From positions 1-56,813 of the forward strand of contig JACDHZ010000001.1 of the NCBI GenBank assembly GCA_013820755.1: a stretch of 56,813 bases of DNA, read 5' to 3'. The translations under genes were made by a program, and so were the position numbers. Source of the stretch: Chthoniobacterales bacterium. GTDB lineage: Bacteria > Verrucomicrobiota > Verrucomicrobiia > Chthoniobacterales > UBA10450. The notes under the pieces are model-generated. The model worked only from the letters and a program-made list of their open reading frames with translations, ran no database searches and had not been told where the DNA came from. Positions 1 through 9,813 of this stretch are shown here, one piece after another (positions within the stretch are counted from its first letter, which is position 1; the number at the start of each line of letters is the position of its first letter).

Positions 1-769
1 GAATCCACCTGACGCATCCTGTTGATCACGCAGGCGCTGCAGATGCTCTACGGTCACCTACGGTCTCTACATGGCCGAACATCAGTCCCGCCTCGTGCGC
101 GATTTGCATTACCTCGAGCCACGCATCTGAATTGCATTTCAAAGGCGAGATCAGGTCGCGAATGCGATCGACGAGAATCTCGCCTCCTCCTCCTGGAATT
201 GAGCCAAGCCCAGCGGCTTTGAATTCAGAAATTACCTGCCGCAGCGGCATTTTGAAGACGGCAGCGAAATGCTGGAACTCGGGCGGACTGAAGCCGTGGA
301 TGTTGATGTGAGGATATTTCGCGCGGATGTGCTGGAGCAGCTCGATGTACCAATCGAAAGCTAGGTCCGGGTGGTGGCCGCCTTGCATCAGGATTTGCAC
401 GCCGCCCACTGCAGTCAATTCATCGAGCTTCTCGTCGATCTGCTCGCGCGTAAGGACGTAATGGTCCGTGTCTCTCTGCATGCGGTAGAATGCGCAGAAT
501 TTACAGTACACGTTGCAGACGTTCGTGTAGTTGATGTTCCGATCGACGATGTAGGTGGCGACGTCGGTGTCGTAACCATCGGAGCTGGCACTCTTCGCGA
601 GATTTCGTCGCACGTTTGCAAGCGCGCCTAGTTCTGGCAACGGCCACTCGTAGAGCGCAAGCGCCTCGGCCGCGGAAATGCGTTCACCAGCCAGGATCTT
701 TTCAGCGAGCGAACCACGGTTCAACGCGACCATCTCCTGCATGGTAGATGATCGTTCGCTGCCGCGCAC
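1..769 (-). CDS. Radical-SAM menaquinone (futalosine pathway) enzyme, MqnE/MqnC family; 3' part apparently frameshifted and continuing past the left window edge
   Basis: ORF 26..769. CNVYCKFCAFY is a CxxxCxxC radical-SAM motif; QGGHHPD, GSIPGGGGEI and MFGHVET are typical of the MqnE/MqnC/CofH-like family. Deleting one copy of the 10-bp tandem repeat at 48..67 restores ...ETVEHLQRLRDQQDASGGF, open to position 1. Confidence 0.7.
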
Positions 770-836
770 GCGGATTGCTACGCGGGAACGAGCCCGCCGT
801 CCTTTGAATAGCGACGTTTTCGCGACGATCGCGATC

Positions 837-1235
837 TTACGTCAACGCGATCGCCTGAAACGAGCTCACCACGTCATCTGGCCCCACGTCGGTAAAGAAG
901 CACTCGTAAAACCCAGGGCCAAGATCCCAGTGATCGCCTTTGTAATAGTCGTCCCGATAAAAGCGCCAGACGCCGCTAACGACGACGATCGAGCTGATGC
1001 GATCGTTCCAATAGTCGCCCAAATAATGAAAACTGAGATTCGTCCGCGCGTACGTCCCTTTGAATCCAGCGTGATCGTAGATTACAAGTTCAGGCAAACG
1101 AAAATTTCCTTCGACCGGCTTGGCGTGCGTCATTTCGGCGGCGCACGCGTGATAGCTCAGCGGGCCTACTTTCCACTTTGTATCGATGACGCAGCCGTTG
1201 TCGGGTGAAAGCTCGGTTTTGGGGATTTGTCTCAT
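837..1235 (-). CDS. Single-domain beta-gamma-crystallin-like protein (putative Ca2+-binding)
   Basis: Two Greek-key signatures, YDHAGFKG and YRDDYYKG (Y-x4-F/Y-x-G). Each is followed by an N/D-N/D-x-x-S-S motif (WNDRISS, PDDVVSS). Confidence 0.6.
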   Translation of the reverse strand: MRQIPKTELSPDNGCVIDTKWKVGPLSYHACAAEMTHAKPVEGNFRLPELVIYDHAGFKGTYARTNLSFHYLGDYWNDRISSIVVVSGVWRFYRDDYYKGDHWDLGPGFYECFFTDVGPDDVVSSFQAIALT

Positions 1236-1307
1236 AGCGTGTGTGCGATTTGAACAGAGAAGCGCAAGGGAGTCCAGCGTTGATCGGCGGCTTGAATTGA
1301 CGAATTT

Positions 1308-2087
1308 TCAGCGTTGCGAGACGGCTTGGCGGCGACGGAAATTGTCGATGTCGACGTCGTGCAACTGGCGGATGCTGTAAATTGGAGTGGTCAGGGCGAA
1401 GAGCACTTTAAGCTTCGCATGACCGAGGATCTCATCGGCAACGAGCAGTTCATATTGGATCGAAAGATCCTTCAACACGGCGAAAATCCAGAAGAGCTGG
1501 AACGGCCGGTTCAGCCGCATCTCGAATTTCACCAGCTTATTCCGTGATTCGCTCACCCACGCGGTGCCGGAGATCGTGTCGAGGAAGCGGTCGGCAGTAT
1601 TCTTCTCCGGCTGGTTCGGACGCGGTTTGAACTCAACGCGACGCGCGCGTTCTCCGGCCACCTGTTCGGTACCCGTGACGGTGAAATCAAACCGTTCGGC
1701 TATACGATGATCACTTGCGAACTGCTGCAGCGTCACCTCCTTTTCATCGTCATCGTTCTTCCCCGGCTTGTCGTCAGGTAAGCGCACTTTTCCTTCCACT
1801 TCGCGTGACAAGAACGTGATCGGCCGCGCGTCACCGGGTCGCATGATCGCCGTCGCCTTCGCGGTGCCGCGTAGACGTCCGCGCCCGTCCCATTCCTGCA
1901 CACGCATCGTGGCGTCGTATTCCAACGTGGGCAGCTGCTTGCGGAGATTCTCCGCTTCGAACAGCGCACGCTCGAGCATTTTTCCCACTTCCTGATCCAC
2001 GGGCTCTGCCGACGCCACCCGGATGAAAGACGCAATGAACAGAGCGCACAAAGCTGAAATTACGTCCCTGCACGACGCGCCGATCAC
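1308..2087 (-). CDS. Hypothetical exported protein; start uncertain (GTG 2087 or ATG 2192/2183)
   Basis: ORF 1308..2192. A hydrophobic signal-like segment VISALCALFIASFIRVASA precedes the mature part. The ATG at 2192 would overlap glpX by 68 nt, so the GTG at 2087 is preferred. No motif recognised. Confidence 0.5.
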   Translation of the reverse strand: MIGASCRDVISALCALFIASFIRVASAEPVDQEVGKMLERALFEAENLRKQLPTLEYDATMRVQEWDGRGRLRGTAKATAIMRPGDARPITFLSREVEGKVRLPDDKPGKNDDDEKEVTLQQFASDHRIAERFDFTVTGTEQVAGERARRVEFKPRPNQPEKNTADRFLDTISGTAWVSESRNKLVKFEMRLNRPFQLFWIFAVLKDLSIQYELLVADEILGHAKLKVLFALTTPIYSIRQLHDVDIDNFRRRQAVSQR

Positions 2088-2124
2088 CCAGTGGGCGCTA
2101 CATCTCCGCGCTGTGTTCGCAGCG

Positions 2125-3234
2125 TTAGATCGTATGTTCCCGATTTGTGGACCGGAGCCGGATCGTCTTGTTCTGAAGATCATGCGAGGCACGGATAAAG
2201 CGCACTGTTTTGCTCTTCGCGCGCATCAAGATCGAATGCGTGATGGTGTTTGGACCTTGCGTTTTCACGCCCGGTAATAACGCGCTGTCGCTGATACCGG
2301 TTGCGCAGAATATGATGTTCGCGCCGTTAGCCAGGTCGTCGGCAAAGAAGACTCGCCCGATGTCATTCTCATGCCCGTCCGCGATCAGCTGAGCCCGCTC
2401 CTTCTCGTCTCGTGGCCACATAACGCATTGCATGTCGCCGCCGAGACACTTGATCGCCGCCGCAGCCAGCACCGCTTCGGGAGAACCGCCAATTCCAAGA
2501 TAAACGTCAATTCCGCTGCCCGCGATTCCCGGTCCGATGGCCGCTGCGATGTCGCCGTCGCTGATCATCCGCAACGACGCTCCGACGCGACGGATTTCCG
2601 CCACCATTTCACTGTGGCGGGGCCGGTCGAGCATCATCACCACGACATCCTGCACACGCTTGTTCAATGCCTGCGCGACGGTGATGAGAGTCTCCTCGAT
2701 CGGGCTCTCGATCTTTAGCGTATCGATGCCGGCGATCTGCATCGCCCTCGTCACTGCGGGGCCGTAGGACAGCTTCATCATGTAGAATGACGGGATATCG
2801 CGCAGCGCGACCTTTACGCCTTCCTCGGGGCTCGCCGCAGCGATACAGGCGATCGAGTTTGGCATCCCCTTCGAGATGTTCGTCGTGCCGTCGATGGGAT
2901 CGAGCGCAATATCGAATGGCGGCGCGCCCGGCATCCACGTGCCGAGATGTTCGCCTTTGAAGATCCCGGGCGCGTTATCTTTGATGCCTTCTCCGATGAC
3001 CACCTCGCCGCAGATGTTCATCAAATCGAACATTCCGCGGATGGCGTCACAGGCGGCGGCGTCCGCCAGCTCCTTCTCGCCGCGTCCGAGCCACTGCAGC
3101 GAGTTCAGCGCAGCAGCTTCAGTCGCCCGCACGAAATCGAATTCAATGATGCGCTCGATGTCGTGATACTTCTGACGAGGCAGGCGTGGCATGGCGGGGG
3201 GAGTGAGCTTGGCGCAGCTGCGCGCGGCTGACAA
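2125..3234 (-). CDS. glpX: Fructose-1,6-bisphosphatase class II (GlpX)
   Basis: FVRATEAAALNS...GRGEK and DPIDGTTN motifs, length and overall GlpX-like sequence. Alternative start is the ATG at 3192. Confidence 0.9.
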   Translation of the reverse strand: MSAARSCAKLTPPAMPRLPRQKYHDIERIIEFDFVRATEAAALNSLQWLGRGEKELADAAACDAIRGMFDLMNICGEVVIGEGIKDNAPGIFKGEHLGTWMPGAPPFDIALDPIDGTTNISKGMPNSIACIAAASPEEGVKVALRDIPSFYMMKLSYGPAVTRAMQIAGIDTLKIESPIEETLITVAQALNKRVQDVVVMMLDRPRHSEMVAEIRRVGASLRMISDGDIAAAIGPGIAGSGIDVYLGIGGSPEAVLAAAAIKCLGGDMQCVMWPRDEKERAQLIADGHENDIGRVFFADDLANGANIIFCATGISDSALLPGVKTQGPNTITHSILMRAKSKTVRFIRASHDLQNKTIRLRSTNREHTI

Positions 3235-3331
3235 GGGTGCGAGTCCGGCCGGTTTAGCGTCGCGCCCGTAGGCAGCTACTCACACTGCTTTTTGTGTTCG
3301 TAGCGAGCCATGTGCGAGAGTCAGCACCTTT

Positions 3332-4069
3332 ATGGAATGGCTCGCGGACCCGCAGGCTTGGATCGGCCTGGTGACGCTGACGGTGCTGGAGATTGTGCTC
3401 GGCATCGACAATATCATCTTCATCTCGATCCTTGCGGACAAACTCCCGGCCGCCACGCAACGACGAGCGCGCCAGATCGGGCTCGGTCTCGCGATGCTCA
3501 TGCGAATCTTGTTACTGCTGTCCCTCTCATGGGTCGTTGGCCTCACGAAACCGCTCTTCGTTTTAGCAGGATTCGATGTCACCGGGCGGGCGTTGATTCT
3601 GATACTCGGCGGCTTATTCCTCCTCGCCAAGAGCACCCAGGAGATTCACAACAAGCTGGAAGGGAACGACGAACACGGCTCGACAGGCGCTGCGCCAAGC
3701 CTCAGCGCCGTGCTCTTGCAGATCACCTTGCTCGACATTGTTTTTTCACTCGATTCAGTCATTACTGCGGTGGGCATGGTCGATCAGGTTGGCGTCATGA
3801 TCGCGGCTGTCATCCTCGCTGTTTTGGTGATGATGATGTTCGCTGGTGCGATCAGCCGCTTCGTCAACAGGCATCCAACCATCAAAATGCTCGCTTTGAG
3901 TTTCCTTTTACTGATCGGTGTGAACCTGATCGCGGAGGGCGTTGGCTTCCACATTCCAAAAGGCTACACCTATTTTTCGATGGGATTCGCGGTGTTCGTA
4001 GAAGTGCTGAATCTGAGACTGCGCAGCCGCAGGGCGGTGCTGGTGAAGTTGCACGAACACAAGCCGTAG
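3332..4069 (+). CDS. TerC-family integral membrane protein
   Basis: LEIVLGIDNIIFISI and FSLDSVITAVGM, the duplicated TerC signatures; multiple hydrophobic helices. Confidence 0.85.
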   Translation: MEWLADPQAWIGLVTLTVLEIVLGIDNIIFISILADKLPAATQRRARQIGLGLAMLMRILLLLSLSWVVGLTKPLFVLAGFDVTGRALILILGGLFLLAKSTQEIHNKLEGNDEHGSTGAAPSLSAVLLQITLLDIVFSLDSVITAVGMVDQVGVMIAAVILAVLVMMMFAGAISRFVNRHPTIKMLALSFLLLIGVNLIAEGVGFHIPKGYTYFSMGFAVFVEVLNLRLRSRRAVLVKLHEHKP

Positions 4070-4185
4070 CGCTGCGTGATGTTGATCAAGATTAGTATGC
4101 CGCACTTTGCTTTCTTTCGATCTGCGGAACTTGTGTTAGCACGCGCGGCGTCATCGCAGCACCACATCGGGTGAAGCACAACTAG

Positions 4186-5007
4186 ATGACTTCGCGCACC
4201 GAGAGCGACTACGTCCTGGGGACGCACGATGAAGAAGTCGCCCGCCTCGGACTCCAGCATCGCGTCTGGCGTTCTGTAGTGACGGAATGCTGGGAACGCG
4301 CCGGAATAACGCACGGGTGTCGCGTTATCGATGTTGGGGCGGGGCCGGGGTACGCGACGGCTGATCTGGGGGAAATTGTTGGACCAAGCGGTGCGGTGCT
4401 CGCGATCGAAAGGTCGGGGAGATTTCTCGAAGCCGCGCGGGAGCGTTGTCGCAGGCGTGGATTAAGCAACGTCGAATTTCGCGAGGCCGATCTCATGGAG
4501 CACTCGTTAGGTGACCTGCAATTTGACGCGAGCTGGTGCCGGTGGGTTGCGTCGTTTGTCTCGTCGCCCGAGAAGCTGGTCCAGAACATCGCAGGAGCGC
4601 TGCGGCCCGGCGCGATTGCAGTTTTTCACGAGTACAGCGACTACGAGACGTTCCGGTTCATGCCTATCAAGCCGGCACTCGATAGCTTTTGCGTAGAGGT
4701 GATGCAGAGCTGGCGAGCGTCTGGCGGGGAGCCGAACGTCGGACGCGGCTTCCCGGGACTGCTGCGGGGGGCCGGTTATCGTATTCTCGAGATTCGACCG
4801 CACGTGCGCACTGTCTCGCAACGCGATTACGCATGGCAATGGCCGAAGAGCTTCATCGAGATCAACATCGCGCGGCTGCAGGACCTTGGGCGCGTTACCG
4901 CGCAGTGGGGTGCCGATGTTCTCAAGGAATTCGCCGAGGTGGAGGCCGACGAGGGCTCCTGGTTTACAACTCCGATGTTTCTCGAAATCGTTGCCCGGCG
5001 TGAGTAA
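4186..5007 (+). CDS. Class I SAM-dependent methyltransferase
   Basis: VIDVGAGPGYAT glycine-rich SAM-binding motif I and a Rossmann-like layout. Confidence 0.75.
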   Translation: MTSRTESDYVLGTHDEEVARLGLQHRVWRSVVTECWERAGITHGCRVIDVGAGPGYATADLGEIVGPSGAVLAIERSGRFLEAARERCRRRGLSNVEFREADLMEHSLGDLQFDASWCRWVASFVSSPEKLVQNIAGALRPGAIAVFHEYSDYETFRFMPIKPALDSFCVEVMQSWRASGGEPNVGRGFPGLLRGAGYRILEIRPHVRTVSQRDYAWQWPKSFIEINIARLQDLGRVTAQWGADVLKEFAEVEADEGSWFTTPMFLEIVARRE

Positions 5008-5016
5008 AACGACGCG

Positions 5017-6276
5017 GTGAAGATTCGCCGATCACTGCTCCTGCTCTACTGCCTCGCCGCTAACGCAGCAGTCGGAGACTCGGTTTTACTTCGGCCGGAC
5101 GCGGTGTTCGACGGGCAGGAGATGCACAGCGGCTGGGCGGTTCTGGTAACTGACGATAAGATCGCGGCAGCAGGCCCGGCAAGGGACGTCTCACCGCCTG
5201 AATCAACGCGGGTGATTGATCTCCCAGGCCAAACGGTGATGCCTGGAATGATCGAGGGCCACTCGCACATGTTCCTGCATCCGTACAACGAGACGAGCTG
5301 GAACGATCAGGTGATCAACGAATCGGTCGCGCTGAGAACCGTGCGCGCGACGGCGCATGCGCGAAAGACATTGGATGCGGGATTCACAACAGCGCGCGAT
5401 CTCGGCACTGAGGGCGCCGGTTACGCCGACGTCGGACTGAAGCAGGGGATCCACAGCGGGATAATTTCCGGTCCGCGATTGCTGGTTGCGGGTCCGGCGA
5501 TCGTCGCGACCGGCAGCTACGGCCCAAAGTTTTCCACTGATGTTGATGTGCCACAGGGGGCGCAGGAGGCCAGCGGCGTTGAAGAAGTCACTCGCGTGAC
5601 GCGTGAGCAGATCGGCAAAGGCGTCGACATCGTGAAGGTGTATGGGGACTATCGCTGGGGGAAAGATGAGCCGTCGCGGCCAACGTTTTCCCAGGAGGAG
5701 CTGAACGCGATCGTGCAGACCGCACGCTCGGCTGGACGGCCGACCGTTGCCCACGCCACCACTCCGGAAGGCATGCGCCGCGCGATCACGGCTGGCGTGG
5801 AGACGATCGAACACGGTGATGACGGAACGGCGGAAATTTTCAAGCTGATGAAGCAGAAGGGGGTCGCACTCTGCCCGACTGTCGCGGCGGATGATGCGAT
5901 CTCGCGCTACCGCGGCTGGAAAAGGGGCAGCGATCCCGAGCCGCCTCGCCTCACGCAGAAACGGGTCAGCATGAAAGCGGCGCGGGAAGCGGGTGTGACG
6001 TTTGCAATGGGCGGAGACGTCGGCGTGTTCGCGCACGGTGAAAACGCGGTGGAAATGGAGCTGCTCGTGAACGAGTACGGCTTCACACCGATCGAAGTTC
6101 TGCGGCAGGCTACCAGCGGAAATTCAGCCGTGTTTCACTTAGCCGACCGAGGAGGCATTCGCGCCGGATTGCTAGCGGATCTCCTCGCTGTCGAAGGGGA
6201 TCCGACGCAAGACATAAGTGCCGTTCGCCAGGTGCGGCTGGTAATGAAAGGCGGCAGCATTGTCCGCCAGCCGTGA
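5017..6276 (+). CDS. Amidohydrolase-family metal-dependent hydrolase, exported
   Basis: N-terminal signal-like MKIRRSLLLLYCLAANAAVG (GTG start). MIEGHSHMF (HxH metal motif), VAHATT and EHGD are typical of the amidohydrolase superfamily. Confidence 0.8.
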   Translation: MKIRRSLLLLYCLAANAAVGDSVLLRPDAVFDGQEMHSGWAVLVTDDKIAAAGPARDVSPPESTRVIDLPGQTVMPGMIEGHSHMFLHPYNETSWNDQVINESVALRTVRATAHARKTLDAGFTTARDLGTEGAGYADVGLKQGIHSGIISGPRLLVAGPAIVATGSYGPKFSTDVDVPQGAQEASGVEEVTRVTREQIGKGVDIVKVYGDYRWGKDEPSRPTFSQEELNAIVQTARSAGRPTVAHATTPEGMRRAITAGVETIEHGDDGTAEIFKLMKQKGVALCPTVAADDAISRYRGWKRGSDPEPPRLTQKRVSMKAAREAGVTFAMGGDVGVFAHGENAVEMELLVNEYGFTPIEVLRQATSGNSAVFHLADRGGIRAGLLADLLAVEGDPTQDISAVRQVRLVMKGGSIVRQP

Positions 6277-6295
6277 GCGAGCAGAACCCGTGCGG

Positions 6296-7939
6296 CTAGC
6301 AGTCGAGTGCTTCGCGCACCGTCGTTGCGAGTTGCTCCGGATCAAACGGCTTCGGCAGAAAGAAAATTCCGTCACGGCAGCGGTCGGCTGCCTGCATTGA
6401 TTCGTCTAAATAGCCGGAGATGAAGACGACCTTCGTCTCAGGGCTCGTCTGGGCCAGCCAGTCAGCGAAGTCGCGACCGCTCATCTGAGGCATCACCATG
6501 TCAGTCAGAAGAAGGTCGACCTTTCGTTTGCATTCGAAAGTGATGAGACGTTGCGCATCGTCGCCATTCGCCGCCTCGAGAACTTGATAACCGAGCGCTC
6601 GCAAGACGCGGACGGATATGTGGCGGACGCTAACGTCGTCCTCAAGCACCAGGATGGTTTCTGTCCCCGGGGCGAGCTTCTTTACTCCCGGTTTCGTATA
6701 GGTCGGCGCAGGCGGCGGCGCGACTTTCGGCAGATAAATTGAGACCATCGTGCCTTTTCCGAGATGGCTCTCGACGCAGATATGCCCACCGCTCTGGCGC
6801 ACGATCCCGTAGCTCGTAGCGAGACCCAGGCCGCTACCTCGTCCTTCGTTTTTGGTTGTGAAGAACGGTTCGAACAGATGCGCTTTCACTTCGTCGCTCA
6901 TCCCGACGCCGTCATCGGTGATACTGATCAACGCGTATTCGCCCGCGCGGAGTTGGTCGGTGCACCCAACAGGCTGTGAATTCTCGTCGAGGCGGACGGT
7001 GGCGGTCCCGATCGTCAATCGGCCGCCGTCTGGCATCGCATCGCGCGCGTTCACGGCCAGGTTAAGGATGATTTGCGTGAGCTGTGCGGCGTCCACACGG
7101 ACATGCGCCGGATTACTCGAGCGGTGCAAACACTCGACGAAGATATTTTCGCCGAGCAAACGCAGAAGTGAGCGTTCCAGGTGAGTGATGACGGTGTTAA
7201 CCTCGACCACACGCGGTTCGAGCGCCTGTTTCCGACTGAATGCGAGCAGTTGTGATGTCAGTGCGCTCGCACGTTTTGCTGCGCTACGGATCTCTCCGAC
7301 GTGTTTGGCATTCGCGCCCTTAACTCCGTTCTCGTCGAGGAGTAGATCGCTATATCCCAGGATCGTGGTGAGAAAGTTATTAAAATCGTGCGCGACGCCC
7401 CCGGCGAGTTGCCCGAACGCGTCCATTTTTTGGGAGCGCACGAGCTGATCCTGGAGCTGCTTGCGGGCGGTAATGTCCATCAACGAGCCGAGGAACCGCA
7501 CCGACTCGTCTCTCTCGCTCCGGACGATCACGGCGCGCTCAAGCAGATGGATGCAGCTTCCGTTCGCGCAGCGGAAGCGGTATTCGCCAGTCCAACAGTC
7601 CGCGTCTGCGAGAGCCTCACGAATGCTGGCAATTGTGCGCGCGCGATCATCCGGATGGATCTGTTTCTGCCAGAAAGCGATCTCTTGCGGGACCGCCGCG
7701 GATTTAAATCCGAGCAAAGTCTCGAGCCCCTGAGGCCACGAAAGCGTGCCGCTCTTTACATCCCAATCCCGAACCGCATCATTCGTAGCCCGGGCAGCAA
7801 GCGCAAGATGTTCCGAGCGCGGAGACGAGCAGTGCGGCGCGGAAGAGCGCGAATGATTATTTTCATGAGCGGTTTTGGATTCAGGATTGATTCGCGGAGA
7901 TGACTGCTCGACGGCCTGGGGGTGGGTTTTTAATCGCAT
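6296..7939 (-). CDS. Hybrid sensor histidine kinase (PAS - HisKA - HATPase - receiver)
   Basis: H-box VAHDFNNFLT, N/G boxes (NLAVNARDAM, DDGVGM, GSGLGLA), a C-terminal receiver with LLLTDMVMP, and a PAS-like region (WTGEYRFRCANGS). Confidence 0.9.
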   Translation of the reverse strand: MRLKTHPQAVEQSSPRINPESKTAHENNHSRSSAPHCSSPRSEHLALAARATNDAVRDWDVKSGTLSWPQGLETLLGFKSAAVPQEIAFWQKQIHPDDRARTIASIREALADADCWTGEYRFRCANGSCIHLLERAVIVRSERDESVRFLGSLMDITARKQLQDQLVRSQKMDAFGQLAGGVAHDFNNFLTTILGYSDLLLDENGVKGANAKHVGEIRSAAKRASALTSQLLAFSRKQALEPRVVEVNTVITHLERSLLRLLGENIFVECLHRSSNPAHVRVDAAQLTQIILNLAVNARDAMPDGGRLTIGTATVRLDENSQPVGCTDQLRAGEYALISITDDGVGMSDEVKAHLFEPFFTTKNEGRGSGLGLATSYGIVRQSGGHICVESHLGKGTMVSIYLPKVAPPPAPTYTKPGVKKLAPGTETILVLEDDVSVRHISVRVLRALGYQVLEAANGDDAQRLITFECKRKVDLLLTDMVMPQMSGRDFADWLAQTSPETKVVFISGYLDESMQAADRCRDGIFFLPKPFDPEQLATTVREALDC

Positions 7940-8109
7940 CGTTCAGGGTCACAGCCACCCGCGCCTCAATTCAGCTAGTCCCGTGCCTTTCCGGCGCTTT
8001 GATCGGCATTGCTGTCGCGGGATCGCTAAAGATTTCCTGCGACCACTGAGTATGGCGACCCGATCCGAAGCTAACTCTCTAAAGCCTCTCAACAATCAAC
8101 CGCGTTTTG

Positions 8110-8730
8110 TCACCGGCGCGACGAAGACGAGGTGCACGCGATGTTCGCCGCTGTTGCTATACGGCCGGCTTTCTCAACGTCGAACGAGACTTTCACGTAC
8201 CGTGCTTCCACGCCGACCATCGAGACATTGAACAGGCGCTTGTTTACGAATGGAATGTGGCCGTCGACCTCTACCCAATTCGGGCTGGAGGCGGGCAGTT
8301 GGTAGTCCGATACCGCGATCTTTAGTTCACCGCGCGCAGTGGTGTTCTCATTCAGGAACGTGAACCGGTCGACCAGCGAAGTGGTCGGCAAGGTGATAAT
8401 GAATGTCGTCTGCCCTTCCTGCAGCGGGCAGCTGAGCGTGTCGTCGTCCATGATCAATGCACCCGCGCTCCCGTCATGATCTCTCGCTGTGGCCACGGAA
8501 GCTTCGCGTCCATCGGGAGTGATGCACTCGATTTTCGCGCCGCAGTTCATACCGGCGACGTTCTTCGCCGAATTGCTCAGCTTTTCGCCGCCTTCCGCCA
8601 AGGTGGCAGGGGCGGTGCGGAGTGTCGCGCCGACAAAGAAAGCCGCTAATGTGACAGCTGCTGTGCAGGCGTATGTGCCTTTGTTATGAAGTTTCATGAC
8701 GCTGTTGCTCAAAAGCTTAGACCGCGCCAC
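8110..8730 (-). CDS. Exported protein with galactose-binding/discoidin-like beta-sandwich features
   Basis: Signal-like N-terminus (AAVTLAAFFVGA). C-terminal ...ARYVKVSF and the overall pattern resemble F5/8-type-C-like domains. Weak call. Confidence 0.45.
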   Translation of the reverse strand: MARSKLLSNSVMKLHNKGTYACTAAVTLAAFFVGATLRTAPATLAEGGEKLSNSAKNVAGMNCGAKIECITPDGREASVATARDHDGSAGALIMDDDTLSCPLQEGQTTFIITLPTTSLVDRFTFLNENTTARGELKIAVSDYQLPASSPNWVEVDGHIPFVNKRLFNVSMVGVEARYVKVSFDVEKAGRIATAANIACTSSSSRR

Positions 8731-8760
8731 GACAAAAGCTTTTCTGCTGGGTCGAGCCTC

Positions 8761-9813
8761 ATGAAGTCCAAAATCCTGATCGTAAGCCCGTGCCAGGGCG
8801 CTTATGGCGGGATTGAGGCCTTTGTTCTCGCGCTTGCCGCCGCTGTTCGCCAGGAACCTGACCTCGATGTGCGGCTGCTATTCAAACGAGTGAAAGGGTT
8901 CGCCTTGCAGCCGGATCTCAAGACGATGCTGCAGGGCGAAGACACCGATTTCGTGAACCGCGCCAATCGCGAGCTAGCGGAGCTGATCAAGTGGGCCGAC
9001 CTGGTGCACCTGCAGAATGCTTCGCCGGACGTGGTGGCGCTCGCGAGGCTTTTTCGCAAACGGCTCGCACTCACGATTCACAACCACATGCCGGACCGTC
9101 TCATTCCTGGCACAGTTCTCTGGCGGATCAGCGCGAACATGGCTGATGCGCGCTGGTACAATTCGGAATTCGTGCGGCGAACGTGGGAAGGTGAGACGAA
9201 ACACGTTGGTAGCCGCAAAGTGCCCACCGTCTCACGCTTGCCCGAAGGCTGGACGGAGCCTGAACAACGCCGGGGCCTTGTGTTCATTGGTCGTTGGGTC
9301 GCGAATAAAGGTGTCGATACCCTCATCGATGCGTACGCGCTCGCTGGACTCGATCCGGAAAAGTGGCCTTTGATTTTGATGGGCGATGGACCATTGAGGA
9401 GTCTGATTGAGTACGCGGTGCAACGTCGCGGGATTCGCGGAGTGCAGATTCTCGGCTTCGTAGACGAAGTGACAAAGTCAGTGAACATGAAAAATGCGCG
9501 ATGGGCGGTTGTGCCGCCGAATACGCGTGAAGACTTCGGTCTTACGGCAGTGGAGGCGCGCCACCTCGGTGTTCCATGCATCATCACGCGGGATGGTGGG
9601 TTGCCGGAGGCAGGGGGGCGGCAGGCGCTGATTTGCGACCCCGCCGATCCGAAGGCGTTGGCGCAGCTATTGCAGCAAGCGGCGGCTATGAGTAAATCCG
9701 AGTATGCGGAGCGCGCGCTGCGAACACGTGAGGAACTCAAGAGCGAGCTGGAGCCGATGGAGTTCTACGCATCCGCTTACCGAAAGATCCTTCAAGGTGA
9801 GATTGTCGAGTAG
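8761..9813 (+). CDS. Glycosyltransferase, GT-B fold (GT4-like)
   Basis: ATG at 8761 (MKSKILIVSP...). GRWVANKGVD and EDFGLTAVEARHLGVPCI (E-x7-E region) are typical of GT4 enzymes. Confidence 0.8.
   Translation: MKSKILIVSPCQGAYGGIEAFVLALAAAVRQEPDLDVRLLFKRVKGFALQPDLKTMLQGEDTDFVNRANRELAELIKWADLVHLQNASPDVVALARLFRKRLALTIHNHMPDRLIPGTVLWRISANMADARWYNSEFVRRTWEGETKHVGSRKVPTVSRLPEGWTEPEQRRGLVFIGRWVANKGVDTLIDAYALAGLDPEKWPLILMGDGPLRSLIEYAVQRRGIRGVQILGFVDEVTKSVNMKNARWAVVPPNTREDFGLTAVEARHLGVPCIITRDGGLPEAGGRQALICDPADPKALAQLLQQAAAMSKSEYAERALRTREELKSELEPMEFYASAYRKILQGEIVE

Noticed and set aside
3235-3331. Possible yybP-ykoY (Mn2+) riboswitch upstream of the TerC-family gene
   Set aside because: No GGGGAGUAG or UUGAGACA-type conserved elements occur on the plus strand. 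The GAGTAGC-like string is on the wrong strand.
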